Positions 36,792-46,772 of a DNA stretch of 64,000 bases are shown piece by piece. Each line of letters starts with the position of its first letter. The first letter of the stretch is position 1. The notes below the pieces were generated by a model. That model was given only the letters and a program-made list of their open reading frames with translations. It did no database searches and was not told the origin of the DNA. Where the stretch lies: NCBI GenBank assembly GCA_963724295.1, contig CAVRUC010000010.1, positions 256,001 through 320,000 of the forward strand, in the 5' to 3' direction. The position numbers and the translations under genes are program-made. The DNA comes from an uncultured Chloroflexia bacterium (lineage in GTDB: Bacteria > Chloroflexota > Chloroflexia > Thermomicrobiales > UBA6265).

Positions 36792-38483
36792 TTAGCGGCC
36801 CGCGGCGATGCCGGCGCCAAAGGGGTCGGCGCCGCCGTAGCGAATGCCGGTCCGGGGATCGACCGCCACCCCGGTTGGGCTGGCGAAGCCGCGGGGTGAG
36901 AACGATACCTCCACGTCGACCACCGGGTGGCCCATCGCTCGCAGCCGGTCACGGGTTTCCACTGCAATGCGGTCATCGACCAGCAGCTCCGGTCCGGAGC
37001 AGTCGATCAGGGGAGCGGCGCAGGCGGACTGGATATCCATCCCGAAGTCAATGACATCGATCGTCATCTGCAGGCACGTGTCCATGATCCGGCGACCACC
37101 CGGGGCGCCAACGGCGAGCACCGGCACCCCGTCGCGCACGGCAATGACATGGGCCATGCTGGAAGCCGGTCGCTTGCCGGGCTGGATCTCGTTGGCGGCG
37201 CCCGGCTGCGGATCGAACAGGTTCATGCTGTCATTGAGCAGCACGCCCGTGCCGGGCACCGTCACTGCCGAGCCAAACATCAGCGTCAGGGTCTGCGTCA
37301 CCGAGACCATCGTGCCCTCGCTGTCCACGACCGAGAGGTGGGTCGTGCAGCCTTCATTGGCGCCCACCGCCGAGAGATTGGCTGTCGTGCCGGCGATACC
37401 GGTGCCCGGTCCGGGGACGGAAGCCCGAGTGGGATCGATTTCCGCTCGCCGCTCCGCCGCGTAGTCAGCCGAGGTCAGCCGGCGCCAATCGGTGTCGACG
37501 AAGGCGGGGTCGCCGACATAGGCGAATCGGTCGGCGAAACTTCGCCGGCTCGCTTCGGCGATCAGGTGCAGCGTGGTGGCGGTGTTGAAGCCGGTGGCGC
37601 CCAGATCGAACCCGTTGAGGATGTTGAGCGTCTCCCCGATCGTGATGCCGCCGGCCTGGTACGGCAGCAGGACGAGCTCGACATCGCGGTAGGGCAGGAC
37701 CAGCGGCTCGACCACCTTGGCCTGGTACCCGGCCAGGTCATCTTCGGTAATGAGACCGCCGGTTTCCCGCTGATGGTCTGCGATCCGATTCGCCACAGCG
37801 CCCCGGTAGAAGCCGTCCGCCCCGTGCTCGCCGATCCTGGTCAGGGTGGCGGCGAGATCGCGTTGCACGATTCTCGGCTGGGGCTCACCGAAGAGAGGCG
37901 CCGGCGGCTGCCCATTCTCGAGGAAGATCCGCTCCGTCTCTGGATCACGGCGGATGACGTCCTGCTGTGACGCCAGCAGCATCCCCCGGTACCAGTCGAC
38001 TTCGAACCCCTCCTCGGCAAAGCCGATCGCGGGGGCAACGGTCTCGCGCAGCGTTTTGGTGCCGAACCGGCTCAGCGCCAATTCCATGCCGCGGACCATG
38101 CCCGGCACCGCTACCGAACGGGGACCGTAGGCATTGGCCTGGTCCTTGACCCCGCTGAAGCCGACGGTTGAGTGGCCAAAATCCTCGGTCAGCTCGTACA
38201 TGTCGGGGGTGGCGGCCGCCGGCGCCTGGCCAAAATAATCGACAACATGGCGCTCGCCGGTGGCGCGCTGAATCGTCATGAAACCGACACCGCCGAGTCC
38301 GCTCATCCAGGGCTCGACGACGCTGAGGGCGAACGCGGTCGCGACGGCGGCGTCGACCGCGTTGCCACCCCGATCGAGGATGTCATTGCCGGCCCGCACG
38401 GCCCAGGGGTGCTTGGCGGCGACCATCTGACGACTGCCGGCCGCCAGATCTCGCGAAATACGAAGCGTTGTCTCGGTATTCAC
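36792..38483 (-). CDS. ggt: Gamma-glutamyltransferase family protein
   Basis: GGNAVDAA, SGLGG, VAVPG, nucleophile CTTHLSVVD, PGKRPASSM, GAPGG, GADP. Confidence 0.93.
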   Translation of the reverse strand: MNTETTLRISRDLAAGSRQMVAAKHPWAVRAGNDILDRGGNAVDAAVATAFALSVVEPWMSGLGGVGFMTIQRATGERHVVDYFGQAPAAATPDMYELTEDFGHSTVGFSGVKDQANAYGPRSVAVPGMVRGMELALSRFGTKTLRETVAPAIGFAEEGFEVDWYRGMLLASQQDVIRRDPETERIFLENGQPPAPLFGEPQPRIVQRDLAATLTRIGEHGADGFYRGAVANRIADHQRETGGLITEDDLAGYQAKVVEPLVLPYRDVELVLLPYQAGGITIGETLNILNGFDLGATGFNTATTLHLIAEASRRSFADRFAYVGDPAFVDTDWRRLTSADYAAERRAEIDPTRASVPGPGTGIAGTTANLSAVGANEGCTTHLSVVDSEGTMVSVTQTLTLMFGSAVTVPGTGVLLNDSMNLFDPQPGAANEIQPGKRPASSMAHVIAVRDGVPVLAVGAPGGRRIMDTCLQMTIDVIDFGMDIQSACAAPLIDCSGPELLVDDRIAVETRDRLRAMGHPVVDVEVSFSPRGFASPTGVAVDPRTGIRYGGADPFGAGIAAGR

Positions 38484-38746
38484 GAACAGAACCTCGCACG
38501 ATTTCTCGTTAGTCGTCAACACCGGCCGGGCGATGAGCGATGGCCAGGCCGCCCATGCAGCATCCTGGGTGGTCTAGTCGTGCTCGACGCGAAGCTGGCG
38601 ACCTTCTCAATCCCACCCGGCCGCGTTCCGGAGTGGCGACGCTCCCGTTAGCAGCATCTCTCCAGCGGGCGGGACCGTGAGTATCGCACCTCGATCGATC
38701 TCTCCAGAGGCTCCCCTCCAGACCACGTCGACGACCCCGCCAATCG

Positions 38747-39577
38747 TCAGTGATCCGGGCTGAGGTACCGCCCGAGGAAGGCCAGCACCCGCGTGCCGAC
38801 ACGGTCCCAGCTGAAGACGTCGTGGCCGGCATCCGGCACCTCGACGGCTTCCACCGGGACTCCGGCTTTCTGCAGGGCGGCTACCAGCCGCCGCGCGTGG
38901 GCAATCGGCACCACGGTATCGCGTACCCCGTGAACGACCAGGAACGGGGCGGACGTCCGATCGACATGGCTCACCGGAGAGGCATCGCGGTAGACATTCG
39001 GCGCCTGCGTCAACGTCCCACCGAAGAGCGCCCGCGCCACATCGATGTCATCGGGGTTGGCCGGCGGAATGGTGCCGTCCATCGGTCCGGCCAGGGCCAC
39101 CACACAGCGAACGCGACTGGAGAAGGCGGTCAGGTCGTCATCGGCCGTATCCCGGGTGTCTCGCACCCCGAGGTGAGCGGCCAGACCGGCTCCTGCGGAG
39201 ATGCCATAGGTGCCAATGCGCTCAGGATCAACATCGTAGGTCGTCGCGTGAGCTCGCACCCAGCGCGCGGCCCGCTGCACATCCGCGAGGGGAGCCGGCC
39301 AGACCGGACCCGGTCGCCCTGGGTCGACCAGGCGATAGTCGAGGGCCACCGCGACATAGCCGGCCTCGGCCAGGTGCCGGGCGGCATCGACGATATCCGC
39401 ATCGGTGCGAGAGCCACCAACAAACCCACCCCCATGGACCAGGAGAACGGCCGGACGCGGCCGCTCGCGCTGAGGTGGAGCGTAGATGTCGAGGAGGAGC
39501 GCCTGATCCTCCGCCTCCCCGAAACGAATCCCCGCCTCGATCGTCACCAGCGATGGGATCCGTCGCTGGTCAATCAC
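38747..39577 (-). CDS. Alpha/beta hydrolase (HGGG esterase)
   Basis: VHGGGF, DYRL, GISAG, HGVRD.VVP, AGH. Confidence 0.9.
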   Translation of the reverse strand: MIDQRRIPSLVTIEAGIRFGEAEDQALLLDIYAPPQRERPRPAVLLVHGGGFVGGSRTDADIVDAARHLAEAGYVAVALDYRLVDPGRPGPVWPAPLADVQRAARWVRAHATTYDVDPERIGTYGISAGAGLAAHLGVRDTRDTADDDLTAFSSRVRCVVALAGPMDGTIPPANPDDIDVARALFGGTLTQAPNVYRDASPVSHVDRTSAPFLVVHGVRDTVVPIAHARRLVAALQKAGVPVEAVEVPDAGHDVFSWDRVGTRVLAFLGRYLSPDH

Positions 39578-39902
39578 CCAGCGTCCAAGCGCCAGGACGG
39601 AGGCGAGGGCGCCGGCCGCGAGCAGAGTGCGACGAGTACCTATGAGTCAGCTCCGATCGTCGATTGCAGGAAGCGCCCTGATCCAGGGATGCCCTCGGCT
39701 TTCTTCCGAAAAACAGCGGCCATCGTTCGCTCCTCACCCGGCCTGCAGCCAGGAGCCGGGGTCTCCAGTGTCGAAGAATCTGCGTCTGCCTGTTCCCTGA
39801 AAGTTCAAACTCTTCAAATTCTTCAAACCCTTTGCCACGCTCCTCCAGCATCCAGGAAATGTGGCCCACCGCACTACGTCGCATCCATCTGCTCGCCCTG
39901 CG

Positions 39903-41330
39903 TCATGCATCCTTGGAAACGTTGAGGTCGTCGCTGAACATCTCGCGATAGTGTCGGTACCAGTTGGACTGAAAACGCTCGTCGGGATCGCAGCGCAGCT
40001 TCTCGCGCAGAAAATCGACGAATTGAGGGTATGCGGCTTCCACCTGCTCCCTGGTGGCCCAGCGGTGGTAGGTCAGGTAGTAACTGCCGCCGTAGCCCAG
40101 CGCGCGGTCGATCAGGCGCCGGAAGGCATCGCCGGCGCGTTCGATCCCCGCCGGCGTGTGGTCGACGTGCAGGTTGAAGACGACACAGGCCCACGGCTGC
40201 CGCGCCCAGGCGAGAACCGTCTCGTCGTCCCGCTCGATCAACCGCACCGTGCCGTAGATGACCGGCGTCTGATGGGTTCGGAAGTCGTCCGCCACGTCGG
40301 CCATGAACGCCGGCAGATCCCGGCGCGGCACGTACAGCTCGGCGATCATCTCCGAGCCAGGTGACCTCGCCGCCGTTCTCTCGTCGAGGACGCGGTGGTA
40401 GCCGTCGTGGTAATCCGCCATCTGATGCAGGTCCGACCAGTACAGCTGCCCATCCGTGGCCAGGTAGTGCCTGGTGTAGGCATCGCTGGCACGGCGGGGA
40501 TCGATGTGCGATAGCAGGAACAGCTCTTCCCAGTCGGCGCGGGAGAGCGCCCACTGCTGATCCGGGATCGGGGTGTCGTTGGCGACCGCGACGTAGCAGG
40601 AGCAGATGCCTTCCTTAAGGAAATCGGCGCTCGCCGGGTCGATGGCGAACTGGAAGTCTCCGTAGCCGCGGCCACCGTCCGCTCGCGCTTCGAGCGTAGC
40701 CACGACCTCGTCGATGGCGCGCAGGGTCACCTCGCGGCGGACCCAGCGCCGCGGCGCGAGCCGGAGGCGCACCGAGACGATTGGTCCGAATAGCCCGTAG
40801 CCGCCGATGGCAAGCCGGAAGAGGGATCCATTCTCGTGCCGCGAGCAGCGCCGCAACGTGCCGCTGGCGTCGACGAGGGCAAACGCCACCACGTCGTCGA
40901 CGATCGGGCCACGCCCGAGCACGCGGCCATGGACATTCGAGGAGAGCGCGCCACCGAGCGTCAACAGATCGGCGCCGGTCTGCTTCTGGATGACCCCCCA
41001 GGGATATGGCTGCCCGTCCTGGATCGCGTGCAGCCAGGCGATTAGCCCTGGCCACATGATGCCGGCCTCCGCTTCGACCTCGCCCCGCTCGGGGTCGAAG
41101 TCCAGCACGCGATCGAGCCCGGTCATGTCGAGGAGATCGAGCCCGGCGCCAAACTGCTGTCCACCCATCGCGTGACGGCCCCCAGCGATGGCGATGGCGC
41201 GACCCGTGGCGCGTGCCGCCAGCACCGCGTCGCGGACGTCTGTCACCGATGCCGGCCGCAGAATATGGTGCACCAGAGTCGCGTTGAGCTGGGCATGGAC
41301 GTCGTTGACGAGCGTCCCACGGTCGGTCAT
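39903..41330 (-). CDS. FAD-binding oxidoreductase (VAO/PCMH family)
   Basis: GGRHAMGGQ, TLGGALSSNVHGR, GGYGLFG, GGSYYLTY, DPDERFQS. Confidence 0.88.
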   Translation of the reverse strand: MTDRGTLVNDVHAQLNATLVHHILRPASVTDVRDAVLAARATGRAIAIAGGRHAMGGQQFGAGLDLLDMTGLDRVLDFDPERGEVEAEAGIMWPGLIAWLHAIQDGQPYPWGVIQKQTGADLLTLGGALSSNVHGRVLGRGPIVDDVVAFALVDASGTLRRCSRHENGSLFRLAIGGYGLFGPIVSVRLRLAPRRWVRREVTLRAIDEVVATLEARADGGRGYGDFQFAIDPASADFLKEGICSCYVAVANDTPIPDQQWALSRADWEELFLLSHIDPRRASDAYTRHYLATDGQLYWSDLHQMADYHDGYHRVLDERTAARSPGSEMIAELYVPRRDLPAFMADVADDFRTHQTPVIYGTVRLIERDDETVLAWARQPWACVVFNLHVDHTPAGIERAGDAFRRLIDRALGYGGSYYLTYHRWATREQVEAAYPQFVDFLREKLRCDPDERFQSNWYRHYREMFSDDLNVSKDA

Positions 41331-41469
41331 CGGCGAAGACTCCACGGTATCTCCAACCTGCCCTGCGGGCGACGGCGGCGCGGTGCGGCCATCCCTGGCT
41401 GTTGGGTACACTTGGCGCGTTGGGCCCTTACCCGCCATGCGGCGCGTACAGCCCCTGAAGGGATCATCG

Positions 41470-41778
41470 ATGGCTGAATTTACCGCCGAACAGGCACGCG
41501 AGAATCTGAAGAACGTCTTCGATCCGGAGATTGGCATCAATATCGTCGATCTCGGGCTCGTCTACGATGTTGACGTCTCCGACGGCGGCGACGTTCTGGT
41601 CACCATGACCCTCACTTCGCTCGGCTGCCCCCTGGGACCGGTCATCGTCCAGGAGGTGACCAACGCCATGAGCGACCTGCCGAATCTGGGCGATGTCGAC
41701 GTCAAGCTCGTCTGGAGCCCGGCCTGGTCGCCGGACATGATGTCCGAAGACGCCCGCGACGAGCTAGGGATCTGGTAG
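41470..41778 (+). CDS. sufT: Metal-sulfur cluster assembly factor (SufT/DUF59)
   Basis: VFDPEIGINIVDLGLVY, MTLTSLGCP, VWSPAWSPDMMS. Confidence 0.92.
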   Translation: MAEFTAEQARENLKNVFDPEIGINIVDLGLVYDVDVSDGGDVLVTMTLTSLGCPLGPVIVQEVTNAMSDLPNLGDVDVKLVWSPAWSPDMMSEDARDELGIW

Positions 41779-42905
41779 TGCAGGTCGACGGGGGGCTGGA
41801 ACGGCCCCCTTCTCCCCTCGGAGCGGGGAGAAGGGTTGGGGATGAGGGGCGCACCCTCCTCGTCCTGCTCTGCGCCACGCTCCTACTTGGCGGCTGCGCG
41901 GCAGGCTCGCCCTCGGTCGTCGCACCCGTTGCCCCCGATTCGTCCTCCCAGCAGCTGGTCCCGGCCGTCGAGGCGGCCGCGGATCCTGGCGCCCCGGAGG
42001 CCGCGGCGGCGGGCGTCGTGGCCCCGGAGGCGGCCCCGCCGGCTGCTGCGGTCGAGACGACAACAGAGGTTGCCGACGCGGCTGTCGAGTCGCTCGAACC
42101 TTCAGCGCCAGAGGCTCTGTCATCGACTGACACCGCGGCGTTCGCGCAGGATGTCCCGGCAGGGGCAAACCCACGCTCGGAGCCCGTACTCACCGCCGAC
42201 GAAGGCGGAGATGACGCGGCCGCGCCAGCCGCCAATATCGAGCGGCCCCCTCCGCCGCCCGATCCCGGCACGGGGCTGAGCACGATTGTCGATCGGGGCA
42301 CGAACGGCCGCCTCGAGGTCGCGCTCACCTTCGATGCCGGCGCCGATACCGGCTACGCCGCCGAAATCCTCGATCTCCTCCGCGAGGAGGGCATCGGAGC
42401 GACCTTCGGCATGACCGGCGTCTGGGCCCAGGCAAATCCTGAGCTGGTGCAGCGGATGGTTGCCGAGGGGCATCAGCTGATCAACCACACCTGGGATCAC
42501 TCGTCACTGACCGGCGCCAACACCCAGTTGCCGCCGATGACCCCGGAACAGGTCTCCCAGCAGCTCGCCGACACCGAGGCGGTGGTGCGCGACCTCACTG
42601 GCTACGAGATGCGCCCCTATTTCCGGCCGCCCTACGGGGATTACGACGAGGCCTCGCTCCGCTATCTCTATGAGAGCGGGTATTCGGAGACCATCTGGTG
42701 GACCTGTGACACCCGCGGCTGGGCCGGCTGGGGCGCCCAGCAGATCATCGACTACTGCACGACCAACATTGCCGAAGACGAGATCATACTCCTCCACGTC
42801 GGCGCCGCCGCGGTGGGAGACTTCGAAGCGTTGCCGGGAATGATCCAGTTCTTCCGCGATAACGGTTACAGCTTCGTGACCATCGAGCAGATGCTTCAGC
42901 CGTGA
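41778..42905 (+). CDS. Lipoprotein polysaccharide deacetylase (CE4)
   Basis: LLLGGC lipobox; Ala/Pro/Glu linker; LTFDAG, NHTWDH, FRPPYG, ILLH. Confidence 0.85.
   Translation: MQVDGGLERPPSPLGAGRRVGDEGRTLLVLLCATLLLGGCAAGSPSVVAPVAPDSSSQQLVPAVEAAADPGAPEAAAAGVVAPEAAPPAAAVETTTEVADAAVESLEPSAPEALSSTDTAAFAQDVPAGANPRSEPVLTADEGGDDAAAPAANIERPPPPPDPGTGLSTIVDRGTNGRLEVALTFDAGADTGYAAEILDLLREEGIGATFGMTGVWAQANPELVQRMVAEGHQLINHTWDHSSLTGANTQLPPMTPEQVSQQLADTEAVVRDLTGYEMRPYFRPPYGDYDEASLRYLYESGYSETIWWTCDTRGWAGWGAQQIIDYCTTNIAEDEIILLHVGAAAVGDFEALPGMIQFFRDNGYSFVTIEQMLQP
41805..41849. repeat. REP-like palindrome inside the 5' end of the deacetylase ORF
   Basis: cccccttctcccc-tcggagc-ggggagaaggg-ttggggatgagggg. Confidence 0.65.
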
Positions 42906-42955
42906 GACACGGAGGCCCGGTCTTGACCCGTGTGCCGGGCTTGGTTAGTGTTCCC

Positions 42956-43092
42956 GATGGGTGCTGGGTGTTGGGTGATGGGGTGATCGGGAGTGTGGCA
43001 TGCGGGTTGCAGTAACCGGGCGATGATCGAGTCCTCGGTCCTTCCCCACGACGGACAATTAACTTGCCGACTTGCCGACTTGCCGACTTGCG
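42956..43092. repeat. 7/8-mer tandem arrays upstream of ctaC
   Basis: gatgggtgctgggtgttgggtgatggggtgatcggg and (acttgccg)x3 acttgc. Confidence 0.75.
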
Positions 43093-43109
43093 GTTCTTAG
43101 GGAGCGGGA

Positions 43110-44453
43110 ATGATCAGGTTCGGTCCGCGCCAGGTAGACGAGACCGCCACGTCGCGAAGCCACCGCCACTGGTCGCGACTCGTCCCGCTGCTCGCGCTGG
43201 TGGGAGTCGTGCTCCTCTCCGGCTGCGGCTCCGAGGTCGTGCAGCCGTACTCGCACATCACTCCCCAGACCGGGAAAACCGAAGACATCCAGACGCTGTA
43301 CAAGATCACCTTCTGGGCGGCGCTGATCGTCTTCATCGGGGTGCAGGCGGCCATCCTCTACACCGCGCTCCGCTTCCGCCGCCGCAATGAGGAGCGTCCC
43401 GAGCAGGTGCACGGCTCCCGCAAGCTGGAGATCGCCTGGACGATCATCCCGGCCGTCATCCTGCTGGTCCTCTTCATCCCCAACGCGCAGGTGATCTTCA
43501 AGCACGCGGCCGCCGAGCAGGGGCCGGACAAGTTCGACGTCGACGTCATTGGCAAGCAGTGGTGGTGGGAGTTCCGCTACCGCGATATTCCCGCCGATCC
43601 GAATAACCCCGACGCCGGTCCGTTAGTGACGGCCAACGAAGTGTTGATCCCGGTCGATGCCGACGTCGTCTTCCATGTCACCAGCAACAACGTCATCCAC
43701 TCCTTCTGGGTGCCGCAGCTCAGCGGCAAGGTCGACGTGATCCCGGGACACGACAACCCGATGCAATTCGTGGCCAGCACACCCGGCGACTATTACGGCG
43801 AATGCGCCGAGTTCTGCGGATCCGCCCATGCCTGGATGCGCTTCAAGGTGAAAGTCGTCCCTGAGGAGAACTTCGACGCCTGGGTAACGGCCTGGCGCTC
43901 GCCGCCCGCGACCGATGCCAACCCGGAAACCGCCGATGTCGTTGAGGTTCCTCCCGCGTTCGGAGCCTGCCTCGCCTGCCACCGTGTCAATGGCACCAAT
44001 GCCGTCGTCGCTTTGGAAGGTATGCCGGGCCTTTCCGGCTATGTCCAGGGCGCGAATGAAACCATTGGGGTCTCCGCCGAAGATCAGGAAAGCGACGCAA
44101 CCGGCTCCGAGATCGTCCCCGGCCCGGGACCGAATCTGACGCTCCTTGCCTGCCGCGACACGATCGCCGCGGGTCTCCTGGAAAATACGCCCGAAAACCT
44201 GGAGCGGTGGCTCAAGCAAACCGACGAGGTGAAAGAGGGCGTCTACATGCCGAACTACTATGAGCAGGGCGCCATCAACGACGAACAGGTGGCCGAGCTG
44301 GTCACGTATCTGGAGAGTCTGAAACCGGCTGATGGCTGCCCCGACGAAGGTCTGCTCGTCGGCGGCAAGGTACCGAGGGCAGAGGTCGAGGCGACCGATC
44401 CTCGCCCGGATGACCCTTCGGGTGCCCCAAATGGAACCCCAATAGCGCAGTAA
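43110..44453 (+). CDS. ctaC: Cytochrome c oxidase subunit II with fused cytochrome c (caa3 type)
   Basis: LLSGC lipobox, EIAWT, QWWW, VIHSF, CuA CAEFCGSAHAWM; heme c CLACH, GPNLT, YMP. Confidence 0.95.
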   Translation: MIRFGPRQVDETATSRSHRHWSRLVPLLALVGVVLLSGCGSEVVQPYSHITPQTGKTEDIQTLYKITFWAALIVFIGVQAAILYTALRFRRRNEERPEQVHGSRKLEIAWTIIPAVILLVLFIPNAQVIFKHAAAEQGPDKFDVDVIGKQWWWEFRYRDIPADPNNPDAGPLVTANEVLIPVDADVVFHVTSNNVIHSFWVPQLSGKVDVIPGHDNPMQFVASTPGDYYGECAEFCGSAHAWMRFKVKVVPEENFDAWVTAWRSPPATDANPETADVVEVPPAFGACLACHRVNGTNAVVALEGMPGLSGYVQGANETIGVSAEDQESDATGSEIVPGPGPNLTLLACRDTIAAGLLENTPENLERWLKQTDEVKEGVYMPNYYEQGAINDEQVAELVTYLESLKPADGCPDEGLLVGGKVPRAEVEATDPRPDDPSGAPNGTPIAQ

Positions 44454-44524
44454 CGGTCCGTGATGGCGGCGGGCGAGCGTCGCGCACAAGGCACGAGGAC
44501 TTTCGGACGACCAGGAGTCAGGCA

Positions 44525-46648
44525 ATGGCATCAATCGCTCAGCCACGAGTTCAGGCACCAGCAGGTCCCCAGTCACCTGGGGTCCCCTTCCCCAGGCCCC
44601 AGGTGGAGCCGACTGGGCTCTGGAGCTGGCTGACCACCGTCGATCACAAGCGCATTGCCAAGCTGTACGGCGTCTCCGCATTCCTCTTCTTTCTGCTCGG
44701 TGGTCTGGAAGCGATGCTGATTCGCGCTCAGTTGACGCGTCCGGAAAACAACGTCGTCGATGCTCAGCGCTACAACGAGCTCTTCACCATGCACGGCACG
44801 ACGATGATCTTCCTCGTGGTCATGCCTTTGAGCGTCGCGTTTTTCAATCTGGTCGTGCCGCTCCAGATCGGCGCGCGCGACGTTGCCTTCCCACGGTTGA
44901 ACGGCTTTTCCTACTGGACCTTCCTGGCAGGCGCGCTCATCCTCTATATCCCGGTGCTCTTTTCGTTGCCTGGCATCTTCCTCCACATTGCCGGGACCGC
45001 CTGGACGAGCCTATTTGGGGAAGGTCTACCGACCGCCCTGCAGTCGCTTGGCAACCTGTGGCCCTTCGCGTGGTTCAACGGCTGGCCGTTCGCCGGGTTC
45101 GTTCCCGACCAGGGCTGGTACGGATACGCGCCGCTCACCTCGCCCCTTTTCTCGGGAAGAGAGATCGATTTCTGGGCACTCGGTCTGCAAATCCTTGGCG
45201 TCGCCTCGATGGCCGGCGCCTTCAACTTCATCGTCACCATCATCAACCTGCGCGCTCCGGGCATGTCGATGATGCGCCTGCCGATCTTCTCCTGGTCGAC
45301 CCTGATCACCTCCGTGCTCATCATCATGGCCTTCCCGGCTATCACCATCGCCCTGGTGCTCCTCACCTTCGACCGGCTCGGGGGTACTCTCTTCTACCAG
45401 GCGTTCAATATCTCAGAGGGCACCCTGGTCACCGCCGGCGGTGACCCGATGCTCTGGCAGCACCTCTTCTGGATCTTCGGACACCCTGAGGTCTACATCC
45501 TGATCCTGCCGGCCTTCGGCCTCGTTTCGGAGATCATTCCGGTCTTCTCGCGCAAACCGCTCTTCGGCTACGCGGTCATGGTCTACGCCATCGCCGCCAT
45601 TGCCTTCCTTGGCTTCGGCGTCTGGGTCCACCACATGTTCACGACCGGTCTCGGCCCCACCCCGATCGCCGCATTCTCCGCGGCGACGATGCTCATCGCC
45701 ATTCCGACCGGGGTGAAGATCCTCAACTGGACGGCGACGATGTGGGGAGGGTCGTTGAAATTCACGACGCCGATGCTCTTCGCCGTCGGTCTCGTCTCAC
45801 AGTTCGTGATCGGCGGGCTCTCCGGTGTCATGCACTCGGTGGTACCGGTCGATACCCAGCAGAATGACACCTACTTCATCGTGGCGCACTTCCACTACGT
45901 CCTGTTCGGTGGCAGCATCTTCGCGCTCATGGGCGCCATCTTCTTCTACTGGCCCAAGGCATTCGGCAAGCTGCTCGACGAGCGGCTGGGCAAGATCCAG
46001 TTCTGGCTGCAGTTCGCCGGCTTCAACCTGACCTTCTTCCCCATGCACTTCCTCGGTCTGGCCGGGATGCCGCGCCGGTATTCCACCTACGGCTTCGAGA
46101 GCGGCTGGTGGTTCTGGAATGTGATCGCGACCATGGGGGCGCTCCTGATCGCCACCTCGGTGCTCATCTTCCTCATCAACGTCCGGCGCACCGCGCAAAG
46201 CGAACAGGACGTCGGCCCCAACCCCTGGGACGCGGCGACGCTGGAATGGGCCATTCCCTCGCCGCCACCGGTCTACAACTTCCGCATCATTCCCTTCGTC
46301 ACCCATCGCGACCAGCTCTGGCACGACCAGTACGACCGGGCGCTGGAGGCTTCCGGACGCCCGGACCGCGTCGCGGACGCCATTGTCGAGGTCGACCAGC
46401 TTCCGGAGCACTCGCGCGTTGGGGTGGCCGTCGCGGAGGCGCAGGCGGAAGAAGGCAATATCCATCTCCCGAACCCGTCGTACTATCCGCTCCTGGCAGG
46501 GATCGGCATCTTCCTCCTGGCCTTCGGCATTCTGATCAACAATCCTCACATCCAGCTCGGGTTCTTCGGGATTCCGATCGTCTCCGCGGCCGGGTTCCTG
46601 GCGCTGGTGGTTGCCATTTACGGGTGGTCTTTCGAGCCCGCGGGTTAG
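44525..46648 (+). CDS. ctaD: Cytochrome c oxidase subunit I (A1 type) with two extra C-terminal helices
   Basis: DHKRI, HGTTM, GHPEVY, WVHHM, HFHYV, GMPRR. Confidence 0.97.
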   Translation: MASIAQPRVQAPAGPQSPGVPFPRPQVEPTGLWSWLTTVDHKRIAKLYGVSAFLFFLLGGLEAMLIRAQLTRPENNVVDAQRYNELFTMHGTTMIFLVVMPLSVAFFNLVVPLQIGARDVAFPRLNGFSYWTFLAGALILYIPVLFSLPGIFLHIAGTAWTSLFGEGLPTALQSLGNLWPFAWFNGWPFAGFVPDQGWYGYAPLTSPLFSGREIDFWALGLQILGVASMAGAFNFIVTIINLRAPGMSMMRLPIFSWSTLITSVLIIMAFPAITIALVLLTFDRLGGTLFYQAFNISEGTLVTAGGDPMLWQHLFWIFGHPEVYILILPAFGLVSEIIPVFSRKPLFGYAVMVYAIAAIAFLGFGVWVHHMFTTGLGPTPIAAFSAATMLIAIPTGVKILNWTATMWGGSLKFTTPMLFAVGLVSQFVIGGLSGVMHSVVPVDTQQNDTYFIVAHFHYVLFGGSIFALMGAIFFYWPKAFGKLLDERLGKIQFWLQFAGFNLTFFPMHFLGLAGMPRRYSTYGFESGWWFWNVIATMGALLIATSVLIFLINVRRTAQSEQDVGPNPWDAATLEWAIPSPPPVYNFRIIPFVTHRDQLWHDQYDRALEASGRPDRVADAIVEVDQLPEHSRVGVAVAEAQAEEGNIHLPNPSYYPLLAGIGIFLLAFGILINNPHIQLGFFGIPIVSAAGFLALVVAIYGWSFEPAG

Positions 46649-46650
46649 AC

Positions 46651-46753
46651 GAGGGTGATGGGTGTTGGGGTGTTACTCGCTGCGCTCGTGGTGTCTGGGT
46701 GTCAGGAGATCGTTCTCCCTGTCACCCTGACACCCTGAGACCCTGACACCCTC
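46651..46753. repeat. Inverted 8-mer array element with GAGCGCAGCGA insert (ctaD-ctaE spacer)
   Basis: gagggtgatgggtgttggggtg..gggtgtcaggaga-tcgt-tctccctgtcaccctgacaccctgagaccctgacaccctc. Confidence 0.8.
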
Positions 46754-46772
46754 GTACGTAAGGAGCGCGACA

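Noticed and set aside
38640..38720. Glycine riboswitch upstream of ggt (two CTGGAGAGAT on the minus strand)
   Set aside because: The CCGAAG and CTCTCAGG core elements are missing.
39802..39832. 9-mer run TTCAAACTC/TTCAAATTC/TTCAAACCC
   Set aside because: Single three-unit locus; cannot be linked to the 7/8-mer family or a regulator.
46400..46648. CtaD C-terminal extension as a novel fusion
   Set aside because: Two extra helices on subunit I with a shortened subunit III is known in caa3/bo3-type oxidases.
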